Origin: the human T2T-CHM13v2.0 reference genome, Homo sapiens
Reading direction: 5' to 3' (one strand)
Assembly: GCF_009914755.1 (NCBI RefSeq)
Contig: NC_060930.1
Length of the DNA: 64,000 bases
Part shown: positions 29,501 to 43,095 of the stretch, piece after piece
Layout of the letters: each line of letters begins with the position of its first letter
Numbering within the stretch: the stretch's first letter is position 1
The notes under the pieces: generated by a model
Told to the model about the DNA's origin: nothing
Databases searched by the model: none
What the model saw: the letters and a program-made list of their open reading frames with translations, nothing else
Program-made: the position numbers and the translations under genes

Positions 29501-32500
29501 GTAAGCCAAATTATTTACCATTCCACGAACACACCCAGAACTTTCCTTCCTCCCGTCATTTGTCCCTGCTGCTGCTCTCCACTTACAATGCTCTCCAAAG
29601 GAACCGATACCCTACTGTTCATCTTACTCTGTACACAAGATCCTGAAATCCTACTTACTCTTGACTCTAGGAGCCAGGGTTTGAATTTGGAATTATCCAT
29701 GAGATTGGAAAATCTTGCACCCTCACTGTGATGATTAAAAAAGGCTTGACTGGCTTAGAAGGGGAAATCCAGAGTTTATCCTATTACAGCAAATACTCTC
29801 AAGCTGTAGGGCTTTCCTAAAACCTTTTAACAGAGGGATCATATAGCAAAGCACCTCACCAAAATAAAGGCTTTATCGGAATATAAAAAAGGAGAAAAGA
29901 AAAGTTTGGGAAACCCCAAACAAATGTGATAATGTCTAATGTTTGCTACTGTTTTTTTGTGGACAATTGAATACTTGGCACCTCTATTTTGGATTCCTCT
30001 TTGGCAGCACTTTCCCAAGCTAAAAAAGCTACCAGCCAGTTCTTCCCGGCTACCTTCCACCTATGCTTTGTTTTGGCAAGTGTAACTTGCCTGAGAGCTG
30101 CAGAAATGCTACTCTGCACAGAGCTGATGCCAGACTGGAAAAGACATTGTTCTCTGTAAAATTAAGATAAGAGATTTTGAAGCAGAAGGGCCCATCTGCT
30201 TCAAACTATAACTTTAACAATGTTTTTAAGTTATCTGAAACAGTAGCTCAATGTCATTCTTTGGGTTTCTACTTATTACAGTATCTTTCTTCTGTTTTAG
30301 AACAGTTCCTATAGCAATATAATGAAAATAACCTTTTTTTTTACAGCCACAAAGAGAGAACTATAAATTATTCCTCACCCTAGTTTCCTTTCAGCACATA
30401 CAAAAGCCAGTGCTTGCTCCGCCCCAATAAATCAAAGCTTCAAAAAGGGCAAGGCAGCTAATCAGAGAATGCAGCTTCTACTAACTAGACAATAAATTTC
30501 TGTGTCTGTCATCTTTGGAATTAATAAGAGATAAATGGCCACTTTACACAAAGTTTCCAAACCAGGTCAAGAAACAGTCAGGACATAGAGTGGACTTGTA
30601 AACCTGGTCATTATATTCATCTAAGACCATATAATCTAACAAGAAGTGAAGGTTCATCTGCATTTTACACATGAGCAAATATCTTCAATACATTTCCTAC
30701 AGGACAAAAGACTTCATCGTTTTATTTTTGAAAAATATATTTTCAAAAAAGAAATAAATGTTTTTAGTCTGGGAGGAATAAGGAAAATGTCTCTTAGAGG
30801 AAGTGATATTGGAAATAAATCTTAAAGGATATAGAACCTTTTAACAGCCAGAGAGATTCATAAACATTTTGTAAGAATGGATTAACTCAAATCGATCATA
30901 CCCTATTGACCCAACTTCTCTAGTTTTCCAATATGAATGTCCCCAGTAGAGTAATTAATGAAGCCAACATTTACTGAATTCCTTCTCTGCATTAGGCATC
31001 GTCCTAAGCACAGGATTAAGAAGATGAATAAAATACTGGACCTGACCTCAAAGAGCGCCCACGCTTCAAAAAGTTCAACTGTTCCTTAATTTTATTACAT
31101 AAAATAAAACACAAGAATCATTATAAACTGATTCCCAAGTTTAGTTGGAAGCCCCACCTGAAAGTTTTGTTCCACAGCAATTTTCTCAGTAAAATAAAAT
31201 CGAATGACCTAAGATAAAGAGAAGACAGCTTTCCCAGGATAGAAAGGAGTTTCAAAAATCACCTCAATCTAATATACTTTCACCAAAGCCATAGTCCCAA
31301 ACTTAAAGTTGGTAATGCTACATAACTGCTTTAAAACTAAAAGAGAACAAGAATGGTCAAAGCTTGTGTTATAGCACTTCTATAAAGGTAGAATAGGCAA
31401 AAAAAAGTAATTAAATTTTAGTCCCAGGTTGAACCCAAACAGTGCTAACACCTGAGATTTCTGCCCTGAATCTATTTATGTGCAGGACCAAGAGAACTTC
31501 TGGGAGAACCTCATTTTGGAAGAAGAGATAATTCTGCACTTGGGTTTGGTTCAGAAATGGTGTTTTAGCATTTGAGTATATGGTACTCAAAATTTGTTTT
31601 CAAGTCTAGCCCCTGGGCTGGGATGATAATTTCAAATTTTAAAACATTAAAAAGAGCAGCTTTCAATTAGAAACTATAATTATAGGCACTGGGGTGCAGG
31701 GAAACACCCATTTTGGGATCTGTGTCACAAAGAGCAACACATGGTGGAGAGGATCAACCTTCTCCTTCCATCTATACCCTAGACAGTGAAACTTTGGCTT
31801 ATTGAAGTTTCCAAGACTGTTTCACTCTTTTGCTCCATTGGAGGCTTCCAGGTAGTAGAGGCACCTACACCTCATATGGGGCAGCAGTGAAGATCATCAG
31901 CACCAAATGATGCTGGAGAAAAAAAGGAATAAAGTGACAGATGCCATGAGGTAAATGATGCATACGGGCACTCCAGAAGGCACCCTAGACATAATTAGAG
32001 AGTATTTTGCAGGGAGCGGCAGGACTTTCAATAGTAAGTGAGGATAAGAATCAGATAAATAGGGTTTATTCCTGCTCATTTCACCTCATTGTCTACTCCC
32101 CTATGTTTGGCTCCATACACACAGGTTACTCAAATATTAGATCCTAATTCATTTCAACAATGTGTTGAATTATTCTTTAAATAGAAATAAAAGTGCTCAC
32201 TTATCTGAAATTTAGTAACATAGTCAACAACTTCTTTCCCATCATGGTATTTCAGGTGGAACACTGAGATTTTACACTGGGGTGATCCCACAGCATAATT
32301 CTGAGAAGGAAAATGCATGGGGAAATACGAATGGAAGGGAGGAGGACGGGTTCACCAGGGAAGATGATTTGCCTTGTTCTCCTGAGAACCAGTGACACTG
32401 AACAAAAAGATTCCCGGTACTTTTGGAAATTACATAAAAAGTAAATTGAACTTTAGTCCAGAGGGCATCCCTGTCAGATGCGTGGTCAGAAACTTCTGTG

Positions 32501-32944
32501 CTGGATTCCTTTCCTCACTTAAAGATTTTTGCAAAAGCTTTTCTGCTTGCAAGAGAAGATTCTGAAAAAGATCTCATTTAAAAATATCTGTATGAAAATG
32601 CTTAGAATGGGTTGTCACGTCCCTTGTTAGAGCAAAGCTGACTGGAGATGGAAAACTATGTATTCCGTTGTATCTTTAATGGCCTTCACAAATAATTAAA
32701 AGTAGAATAGAAAAAAAAAAAAGCACTGACAAAGCTATTTGGTCAAGACAGTTTTTGACAGTTTTTTGGAATTGGGAAACCTCTCCTTGTTTTGCAACAA
32801 AAGGTCTTTTCTTCTTCTCCTCAACCTACCTTGTGCTCTGCAACCAGATTGGTTTTTCTAGTGCATCACTTTTATGTTATTCTCCTGCTTAAAACTTCAG
32901 AAAATCAATTCCATAGGGGATGACAAGGAGGGGTGGCAGACCAG

Positions 32945-33175
32945 CAAATTCATAGAATAATCACTGTATCTAAAATGTATTGCACACTGTGTGCCAGGTG
33001 CTGTTCTAGACATTATGCATGCATTAACCCATTTAATGCTCAAATAACCCCTATGAGACAAATGCTATTTTTTTACCCCATTTTAAAGATGAGCTTAAAT
33101 AACTTGCTCAAGACTGCACAGGCAGCATTTCAACCCAGGCAGGCAGATTCTAGAACCCTCTCACTTTTAACTACC
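32945..33175 (-). mobile_element. MIR
   Basis: ctgtgtgccaggtgctgttcta…ccccattttaaagatgag…aacttgctcaag. Confidence 0.7.
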
Positions 33176-33742
33176 GCATCTACATTTTAGAGCTCAAAAA
33201 GCCCTCAAGGGTACAAAAAATATATATTTTCTGTTCTTGTTGTGCCTGAGCACTGAGAAGTCAGGAGGAAGGGGATTGTTCTGCAGGTTCATGATGGCAT
33301 TCAAAGCTTTCCACAATCTGACAAGAACTCTTTCCTATCTTATTCACAGTCCAATCTCAATTCCTCCAATCCAGCCAAATGTTCTTACTATTTCAAAGTT
33401 TCATTCTTCCAGAGTGTCTCATTCTTCCCATCTTTCCAAATCTTAATAATCACTTAAGGCCCACATAAAATCTTGCCTCATCCAGACAAGGATGCCTTCT
33501 CTGTCCATTGGGAGGGCCCTCTTTGTACTCCACAACTGCTGGGGTCCACACCAGCAGTTTGATATCATCACTCACTGCTTTGCCAGTTTCTCTTGTGTGT
33601 TTTTTCTCACCTCCATTCTTAATTTTACTTTCATACAAAGCAATCTCTAATGACAGTACTCATTTCCGGAACACTTTATGTCTGTGTAAGGAATACAACC
33701 ACTGTGGCAAAACCACAGGTGGTAGCCTTTGCTTACGTAAGG

Positions 33743-34073
33743 CAGCGGTCCTCAACCTTTTTGGCACCAGGGACTGGTTTTGTGGAAGACAATTTTTCCA
33801 TGGACCTGTGGTGGAAGGGGGATGAAACTGTTCCACTTCAGATCACCAGCCATTGGTTAGGTTCTTATAAGGAGCACGCAACCTAGATCCCTCTCATATG
33901 CAGTTCAGAACAAGGTTCACCTCCTATGGGAATCTAATGCCACCTGATCTGACAGGAGGCAAAGCTCAGGCAGTAATGCTTCCTCACCCTCCACTCACCT
34001 CCTGCTGTGTAGCCCAGTTCCTAATAGGACACAGGCTGGTACCGGTCCATAGCCCGGGGGTTGGAGACCCCTG
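33743..34073 (-). mobile_element. MER1B (hAT-Charlie)
   Basis: TIRs cagcggtcctcaacc … ggttggagacccctg. Degenerate 8-bp TSD acgtaagg/atgtagag. Confidence 0.9.
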
Positions 34074-34572
34074 ATGTAGAGAACATCCTTGGCTTGATGG
34101 AATAAAGGGAAAAAAGTAAACACAAGCATTGAAACTTGCTCTTCTAAAATTGCCAGGAGCAATTGTCACGGGATTGGAAAGATACGTAGGAAATGTGTTT
34201 TCTTTATCAAGTTCTCTTTGTTTCCTCTAGTGATTTTTAACACACACATTTCTAACTTACTGGTGATTTCATTAGAAATTAAAAAAAGTTTCAACTTAAT
34301 TTTCTCATGATATCAACAATAAATGTCTCTTGCCTGTGCTAGACAAAGTGTCTATGCTTGGCCACTATTTCGTTTCTTCTTGACATCATCACTTTTCAGA
34401 TGGTATTGAATTGAAATGTGGAATTTTATTTCAATTCTTTTGTTACATTATGAACCTTATTTCAAGAATTTTTTTAACATTGGCACTAAACAGAGTATGT
34501 ATAATCAAATGAACAATTCAGAGAATTTATAGTGCCCTATATTGAGTTTATTATTCAAAATACTGGTATTTG

Positions 34573-34885
34573 GGCCTAGTGCAGTGGCTCATGCCTGTAT
34601 CTCAGCACTTTGGGAGGCTAAGGCGGGTGGACCACTTGAGGCCAGAAGTTCAAGACCAGCCTGGCCAACATGGTGAAACCCTGTCTCTACTAAAAATACC
34701 AAAAAAAATAAAAAATAAAAAAAAAAGCTGGGTGTGGTGGCAGGTGCCTGTAGTCTACTTGGGAGGCTGAGGCAGGAGAATCACTTAAACCCAGGAGGCA
34801 GAGACTACAGTGAGCTGAGATTGTGCTACTGCTACTGCACTCCAGACGGCCACAGAGCAAGACTGTCTCAAAAAAAAAAAAAAAA
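34573..34885 (+). mobile_element. Alu (S/J-like) with expanded middle A-tract
   Basis: Dimeric Alu with A-tail. Confidence 0.95.
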
Positions 34886-34936
34886 GGGAGAGAGAGAAAA
34901 AACAAACAAACCCTGTATTTGGAGGAGACAGTAACA

Positions 34937-34943
34937 GTTTTTG

Positions 34944-34974
<31 letters not shown>

Positions 34975-34977
34975 TTC
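34937..34977 (+). repeat. (GTTTT)n microsatellite between two tandem Alus
   Basis: Read directly from the sequence. Confidence 0.9.
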
Positions 34978-34990
34978 AGAAAGAATAGTG

Positions 34991-35297
34991 GGCTGGGTGC
35001 GGTGGCTCACACCTATAATCCCAGCACTTTGGGAGGCCAAGGCAGGCAGATCACTTGAGGTCAGGCGCTCGAGACCAGTCTGGCCAACATGGTGGAATCC
35101 CATTGCTACTAAAAATACAAAAATTAGCCGGGCGTGGTGGTGCACGCCTACAATCCCAGCTACTCGGGAGGCTGAGGCAAGAGAATCACTTGAACCCAGG
35201 AGATGGAGGTTGCGGTGAGCAAAGATGGCGCCACTGCACTCCATCCTGGGCAACAGAGAGATACTCCATCCCAAAAAAAAAAAAAGAAAGAAAAGAA
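34991..35297 (+). mobile_element. AluS-like
   Basis: Dimeric Alu. TSD aaagaatagtg/aaagaatattg. Confidence 0.95.
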
Positions 35298-35868
35298 AAG
35301 AATATTGGATGGTATACTTTCTGAGTCCAATATGTACTACTATGGAACTTAAAACTAATGATGACTAATTTTGTTACTTACATCACCATCCTATGAAGAG
35401 AAAGTTTCAAGTGAAGGGGTCACACAGTGATCAACCCCAGAGTGTGGGCTCAGGAAAGGGAGCACAGGAGTGATCAAAGCTGGCATTTCTGGCTCTTCTT
35501 CCTAGAAATGCTATTACCTAGGAAGAGGGGAAGAGGGTGTGGGAAATGTAAGGGGAGGTACAGGTCTGAGAGATCCTTTTCACCAAAGACTGGTTCCTTT
35601 CTCTGGTTTCCAGTGAAAAAAGAGAGAAGATTCCACCTTTTTTTTTGTGGGCACTTATAAGGTGCTTTCTATTTACAATTTCTTTCCCAGTTTCAATCTG
35701 CAGAAAGCCTGCCATGTCCTTTTTAGGCTGGGAAGGGTACTGGGCAGAGGGTGACAAGCCCTGTTTTCCTTGAGTTTAGGAAGAGTTCAGCCAGAACCTC
35801 CATATAGGCAATCTACTGCTGCTACTGCTTGAAATTAAGTTAACCACTTGTGGTGTTCATGATTTAGG

Positions 35869-35894
35869 TTTTTTTTTTTTTAAGCAGATTTATT
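35869..35894 (-). terminator. Candidate polyadenylation site (AATAAA followed by a genomic A13)
   Basis: TTTATT at 35889-35894 and T13 at 35869-35881. UGUA and U-rich sequence lie upstream on the minus strand. Confidence 0.35.
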
Positions 35895-37179
35895 GAAATT
35901 TGCAACCAAAACACAAATAGAGTGCATACAAATTATGACAATAAAAATCATTTTCACCTTTTTTCTAAAATAAGTAATAAAATAGAAAATAGTTTTAATC
36001 TATGAAATGTTAAAAAGGGATCAAATAAAAATATTGAAATATTTATAGAAAGAAAGTAATCAGGCTGTGTATAATAGGGGAGAAAGGTGAATAAAGAAAA
36101 TGTAGTCATCTGGCCAGCAGTTGTCATTCTGACCAGAAAGGCTGCCAAAGGTCCCAGGAAGGCTACTAAAAGACACGACTAGGACACAAATCCTGCCCTC
36201 TGCTTATTGTACCTTGTAACCAAAGGATCCTAGAATAAGGGTGGCCTTGAAAATGGGTTTCATAATTTATATGTAATGGGATTGAGAACAAATTGATTTA
36301 GTTTATTCCAGAATGGAAATAGGGACATATTTTTAAAAGAATGGTAGTACAGTTTAGATGTTTTTAAAAATGTTGTTTTGAACAATTATGTGTTTGTCAT
36401 TCTTCTTAAAACTGGAGGATTTACCTCTTATGACTGATTTCCATTAACTCCCTCTTACTTTTTCTCCCAGATTAAGTTTTGATGATGAGCTCTGATTCAG
36501 TAGATGAAATCTCAAATATATCTTACAATGTACAATGTATCATAAAAGGTAAAACCTATCTTAAAATGTAAAAGCATCTTAAAATGTAAACCAAGAGAAA
36601 TGGTTACATTAAATCATATTGAGTGGTCTTGCGTATTTAAGATTTAAGAATGTGTAGAACTCTTAAATAAGCATCTAGTGGGACACACTCCTCTGATGGG
36701 TAACATTAATGGTGATTCTTCTCTAACTATAGACTAAGACGTACCAATCATTCCTACATTCCTGAATAACAACGAAATGTGGATCTCAATTAATATTTGT
36801 TATACATTAGGCGCAAAAACAAATGTACAGGAACAGCAACTAGGCTGGCTTTATCATGCAAAAGGAAAACTATTTAACACTGTCAGCACTTTTTACAACA
36901 GTGGCTACTGAGCAGACTTAATTACCAAAAGGCCTGCACAAGGCCAGTTACATCAGCATGTCTGGGTCTAATCGGATTCTTTTTTCTGGTATCTATGGAA
37001 TCAAACACGCTTTGCTAATATCGGTGGATCCTTGTTTAGTCAAGCTACTTTTGGCAAAATGATGCAAGGCTGCAGTTTGCATGTGATCTGTTGGCCTTTA
37101 ACAATGCAGCTCTTGATGGAATTGAATTATTTTAACCATATATGGTACTATACAGTATACATACACTTTAAGCTCATTT

Positions 37180-37420
37180 CAGCCATCCCTGTCTGAAATA
37201 GCACCTAATCTTTCTTAACCCATCTTTGTCTTATTGTGCTTTGCAGAAATTATATATAGTAATTTTATGATAAAACATAGTACTTCTATTTTTGTCTGCT
37301 GCCTCCATGAGAATGTAAGCTCGATGCGGGCAAGGACTTTGTCTTATTATCTCTATCTGCAGTACCTGTAACTATGCTTGAAATGTAGTAGATGTTCTAA
37401 AAGTCCTCACTGAATGAACA
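37180..37420 (+). mobile_element. L2 3' end
   Basis: gaatgtaagctc…gggcaaggactttgtc…tgaatgaa. Confidence 0.7.
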
Positions 37421-38756
37421 AACCTATATAGGTTTGCCAAAATGAGTGGCCGACAGAAGTTTTCAACAGGTAATTTTACTGTAACTTTATACTAGATAAA
37501 AACAAGTTCACAGAACCACTTGTTTACAGCAGATTTTAGAGACATAAAAAAGGGACTAGAAATTTGGTGCTTTACTAAGAGGTCCTTGGTAACCAATGCA
37601 TGTCTGCATTCTGTGGTATCCTTATCTAAGAATACTACTGAATAGATTGTGGAATTATACTCACCAGACAGAGGAGGCTAATGTGGAACAACTTCCAAGG
37701 GTCAACATTAATATTGTACAGCCTGCTTCAATTCTGTGTAGCCCTCCCAGCATGGTTTAAAATGAAATTTAAATGTCTTTAATGCTATCCCTGTGTCTCT
37801 TTGTTTCTGTGCATGTGTCTCATACACACCAATTCACTCACCCACAGCAACAAAAAGATAGAAAGAGCCATTTCCCTTTTCCTTTCATGCCCTATAGCCC
37901 CAAAGTAGACTCTCACAGGTACAGACATGTTACCCCTCAGACCTACCCAGTGACTAGATGTAAATAACTCACTTTGAGCACGGGCATAGCTGTGCTGGCC
38001 CTCCCTTCCCAACTGTGGAAGATCCAATGGAGACCTGTTGAGCTTGGGAACTTCACCATGACAAGATTTATGTGATTCATGACAGATGCAATTTAAAGCA
38101 AAGTAACTATAGTGTTGCCAGAAACCTGCCCTTTGTGTGCATGTGTGTGTTGCATGACCTCCTCTTACATCTGTCCCTCAGAGCTTCTCATGGTCATGGT
38201 CATTCCACCTCCACTCCCCACACTATGCCATCAGAAAGAAGGCTGGCTTGGTTCCTCCTAAGGCCCAAGGAAGAGGTGAAATGAGGGTGTCTCACTACAT
38301 TTGACTCAACTCAATTTTATTAGGGAGGCAAGGTTAGAAAATTAGAATATTCTTCTAGTTGGGTTTTTTTGAGCAGTACAGAGTTATCTGTGCAATCACA
38401 AGCACCTTTAGGATCTAAATCATAAACATACATTAGTATGGTAGTATGGCCATTGCTTTTTTCCAGAGGGAGAAAAACTATCTCAGAAGAAAATTCTTTT
38501 TTATGCACAGGCTGAACTCTGCTTCATCTAATTTATTCCAATTTCCAACATTAGACCGATACAAACTGAACTCTAAGAAACAGTCACACATATAAGGCAT
38601 TCACCACTAATGTACTCATTTGTGAAAAAAAAATAGCATACTAAGCTTAGGCTACATGCCAGAAAAAGATTCAGATTTTGTAATAATCTGTCATGGGCAA
38701 TACACAACTCCATAGACAGTCACCAAATCTTGTTTCTCAGGCCATATCTTCCATAG

Positions 38757-38972
38757 CAGTGGTTCTCAGCTGGAATTAATTTTGTCAATCACAACAATAT
38801 CTACAGATATTTTTGGTCAACACAACTGGAGTGGAGGAGGGGGCTGTGCTAATGGAATCTAGTGGGTAGAGGTCAGGGATGTTGCTAAACATCCTTCAAT
38901 GCAGAGAGCAGTCTCCCACAAAAAGAATTATCCAGACCAAGATATAAACAGTATTGAAGCTGAGGAACCCTG
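38757..38972 (+). mobile_element. MER20
   Basis: cagtggttctca…tctagtgggtagaggtcagggatgttgctaaacatcct…gaggaaccctg. Confidence 0.85.
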
Positions 38973-39312
38973 CTGTATACTGACAGATAGGAATCTAAAG
39001 CATGGAAAGTCAGCATGATGTTTGGGAGTCTAGTAGCTTAAGTGAAGCCAAACTAATTCTCTTCTGTGGCTGTGAGTCTTGGATGTATCACTAAGAACTT
39101 CAACGTTTCAAATTGTGCTTCATAAAATGACTCTGCAGGATCAACAGTTGGGTATTATTCCTATGTCAGTCTACAAGTTACAGAATTAGGAGTGCCATAC
39201 CACTGCTTTGCTAGTAAGACAAATGTTTTGGTTGCACTACCAGGAAGAAGAAATCATGAAAAGTACACCCAATCATAAAATGCCAAGTGACACCTGTGTT
39301 AAGAATGTTAGA

Positions 39313-39594
39313 GGCCAGGCGTGGTGACTCACGCCTGTAATCCCAGCACTTTAGAAGGCTGAGGTGGGTGGATCACCTGAGATCAGGAGTTCGAGACCAG
39401 CCTGGCCAATATGGCAAAACCCTGTCTCTACTAAAAATACAAAAAATTAGCCAGGTGTGATGGCGGGTGCCTGTAATCCCAACTACTTGGGAGCCTGCGG
39501 CAGGCAAATCGCTTGAACCCCAGAGGCGGAGCCTGCAGTGAGCCGAGATCTCCAGCTGGGCAACGAGAGCTAAATTCCATCTCAAAAAAAAAAA
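39313..39594 (+). mobile_element. AluSq-like with a short right-arm deletion
   Basis: Dimeric Alu. gagatc^tccagc lacks the gcgccactgcac segment. TSD tgttaga. Confidence 0.95.
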
Positions 39595-40159
39595 GTGTTA
39601 GAAAATTTGCGGATAGAAAACTCAGGGTTTTTGAGGCAAGATACATCAGGTGGTCTGTGGAGATTAATGCCAATTGAGCAGCAAGGATATTTGCAAATCC
39701 ACAGACTGTCCTCCTGATCCTGGAGCAGGAAAGGAGGATGTCAGAGAGAGATGGATCAGATCTTGGGCAGAGGAGATGGACATGCCTGGCTCCAGTCCCA
39801 GCTTTGATCCTAGCTGTGTGATTCTAGGCAAGTCTCAAACGTTCCTTGTGAAATTAGGAGCTAGCGTGTACTCTGTGGGATTCCCTGTAGCTCTATCCTT
39901 CTCACTGAAAGGTTTCCTCACCGCTTGTGCTGGTACACAAAGAATAGAACAACTCTGTAACGGGATGCTAGTGAGGTATATTTATTAATTTGCAATAATG
40001 TATGGTAAAGGAAATAAAAAAAGAAACATGCAGATTTGCATAAATAGGAAATCCTTTAATTTGATAATCATTCATTCAACAAACATCTATTGAGCATCTC
40101 CTCTGAATAAAGTATAAAATGTTTTCTACTTTTCTTTTTTAAAATTTGTTTTAAATCAT

Positions 40160-40610
40160 CCTGAGAAACTCTTTAAAAGTTTATTTCCTAGGATTTACAG
40201 CGGTTAACATTCAGTTCCACCAATAAAATTCCTCACTGGATTCCACACAGGACAGATGGATCTCCATTAGGTAATAACCTTCCAGGTGGTGCTGACACTG
40301 CACATATGTGAATATTCCTCTCTGTGGGAAATAGAGATGTAACTTCTACACTTGCCTCAACCTGCTACTATGACTTTCTTCACAGTCCTGGGTTTTCAAA
40401 GATCTAAAGTTAACTCTTCTCTTAGAGAATATATGCAAACAAGTAAACTTAAAACTTCAATGCAATGCTCTTATCCCATAGCTCTGGTTCTTGTCTTTGT
40501 AATTGATGCCTCCTGAGCTGACTGCTGGCCTCGGTGTGCTCCTGCTTGAGAGCTGTCTGCCGGGGGAGGAGAATGCCCAGCTCTAATAGTTACATCTTCA
40601 AAAAGGCCAC
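40160..40610 (-). other. Candidate terminal exon of an unidentified minus-strand transcript
   Basis: Acceptor tttttcttccttctccAG|GTGGCC with AG at 40612-40611. Frames read VAFLKM*, xWPF* or a 46-codon tail. AATAAA at 40185-40180. Confidence 0.35.
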
Positions 40611-41720
40611 CTGGAGAAGGAAGAAAAACCCACAATGCTTTACTTCTATAATATGACAAAATGGCTGCATGTACATCAAATCAGAATCAGGTTAAGTCTG
40701 GTCAATAAGATCATATGCTTGTTTAAACAGAAAAATGACTCTTAGTGGATCTAGACATTTTATTTTACAGCAGGAGCCAATTAGTCTTTTTTTAATGAAC
40801 CATATAGTAATTAAGATGATTCACACGCATTTTAAAGGAGAAAAATAGAGTTTTAATTGAAACTAAAGTTATATTGCTACGAAGTAATCCAGTCCTCATT
40901 TCCATCGATTCACAACTATTGTTTTGGACCTTCCATATTTAGAATTCTGAGTCTCATTCCTAGGCGATTCTGGGTCCTCATCCCTATAGGTAATTATACC
41001 AGTCTCTCCTAGGTCATTGTGATACTTTCACTTATATTGGTTGGTCAGCAGCAATTCATCTTAAAACCTAGAGTTAAAAAAAATTAATTCACACAGTCTT
41101 ACGAACAAACTATTTTCAGACTATGTAATGAGGCCTAGATCAAATGCATCTAATTTCCCAATAGTTTTGAAAACAGAAACAAACTTAACAAAGTCAATCA
41201 TAAATGTTTAGAAAGGTTTAGTTCAGGGGTGACAATAAATTGGGAACTGTGCCAATATGAGGAAGAGAGTCAAGTATAGAGCAGAGATAGATCGTGAAGT
41301 ATGGGAGGCTTGGGAAGCTCGTATTAGGCGTGAGCAACAGAAGTAAAAACATTCTACTCTTGGGGAAGTATGGGACATCTGTCAATTGCATCAGGAAATT
41401 TTGTCCTTAAGTCCCCGAATGCAGTAAAAAGAGGTGTGTATTTAACTATTCTGTTAAAAGAAAAGGTAAAGGGAGGGTCACACAGGGCAGAAAGCATCTG
41501 CTTTATGCTGAGTAATTCAGAAGGATGTTACCCTTCATACGGTGCTGGTGAGAAAGGCACCTGCTGAGTTTCCATATCAACTTCCTGCTGAGTTTCTCTA
41601 TCAAGAGAACACCAAATTGGAAGGAGCAGCAAAGAGGAAAGGTTGATTCCTAAACAAAATGTAAACATGGACAATTGATGCAAACCTCAAGAGCTTACTG
41701 TGAAGCTCAAATGAGATCAT

Positions 41721-42195
41721 TGTTAGTTCAAGCTGCACCATTTTGTAAGCCTCGCCCCCACCCCCCCAACCATTTCATAGTCCCAGGTCAAAGTGAAACG
41801 TTCCATGGGGGTTCGGACCATGAGAAACATCCTGCCCAACCACCTGACTTTCTTATCATACCCTGCCAGGCAAAGGCCCAACTGAAGGAACACTGCTATC
41901 ATATCTTGCTGGACAAAGGCCCAAGGAACATCCTATGACATCCCACTGGAAAAAGGGCCAAACCGCCTGATCATAGGAACATCTTATCAATATCCTGCCG
42001 GGCGGTAAGCCATACTGCCCAGACCCCTCCCACCCATACCTATAAGTACCCCAGCCTGTAAGCAGCGGTGGGCTCTGGCTGGCATTAACTGGTCCCCCAC
42101 CTCTGCAGGTCTTGTGCTGCACATAAAACCTGCATTTCTGTAGAGCCGCCAACTCCCTCTGTCTTTAACCCTCACCTTCCCTTCAAAACTTAATA
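41721..42195 (+). mobile_element. ERV1-class solo LTR (LTR15-like; subfamily uncertain)
   Basis: TG start, internal ~40-45-bp repeats, TATA-like cctataag at ~42039, cataaa signal, and 5-bp TSD atcat/ataat. Confidence 0.75.
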
Positions 42196-42594
42196 ATAAT
42201 GATTAGGAAAATCCATGTGTTTCCCCTGTCTCTCAGCTGACAAGAGATATTAGAAGCCTGTGAATATACCAGATGAGAAGAGAGGCCAGTAGAGCCTGTT
42301 ATAATAGACAGAGGAAGGAAGACCAGAAGTCATTGAGTCTGACTTAGGGCTCACTGTGGGCAGCATCCCTGGCAGGCGACATTCTGCTTCTACATAGACA
42401 GTTTACAGGGACAGGAAGCTCACAACTGTACAAAGAAGACAATGACGCTGCTTATATTCAAACATGAAGACGATGGAAGAAAACCATTTATCTCTTTTGT
42501 AATTCTGAAAATTGCTATGTCATGGCATATTCCAACCAGGAAATACTTAGCATAAGGATAACATTGATAAATGACATTACGAAAATGGTTAAGA

Positions 42595-43095
<501 letters not shown>

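Noticed and set aside
35860-36305. Processed-pseudogene interpretation of the T13 run
   Set aside because: The signal-to-tail spacing of 7 nt is too short. The only TSD candidate (tgatttag at ~36294) is short and AT-rich.
37655-37845. Two GTGAGT donor-like sites on the minus strand
   Set aside because: No convincing upstream acceptor or recognisable reading frame.
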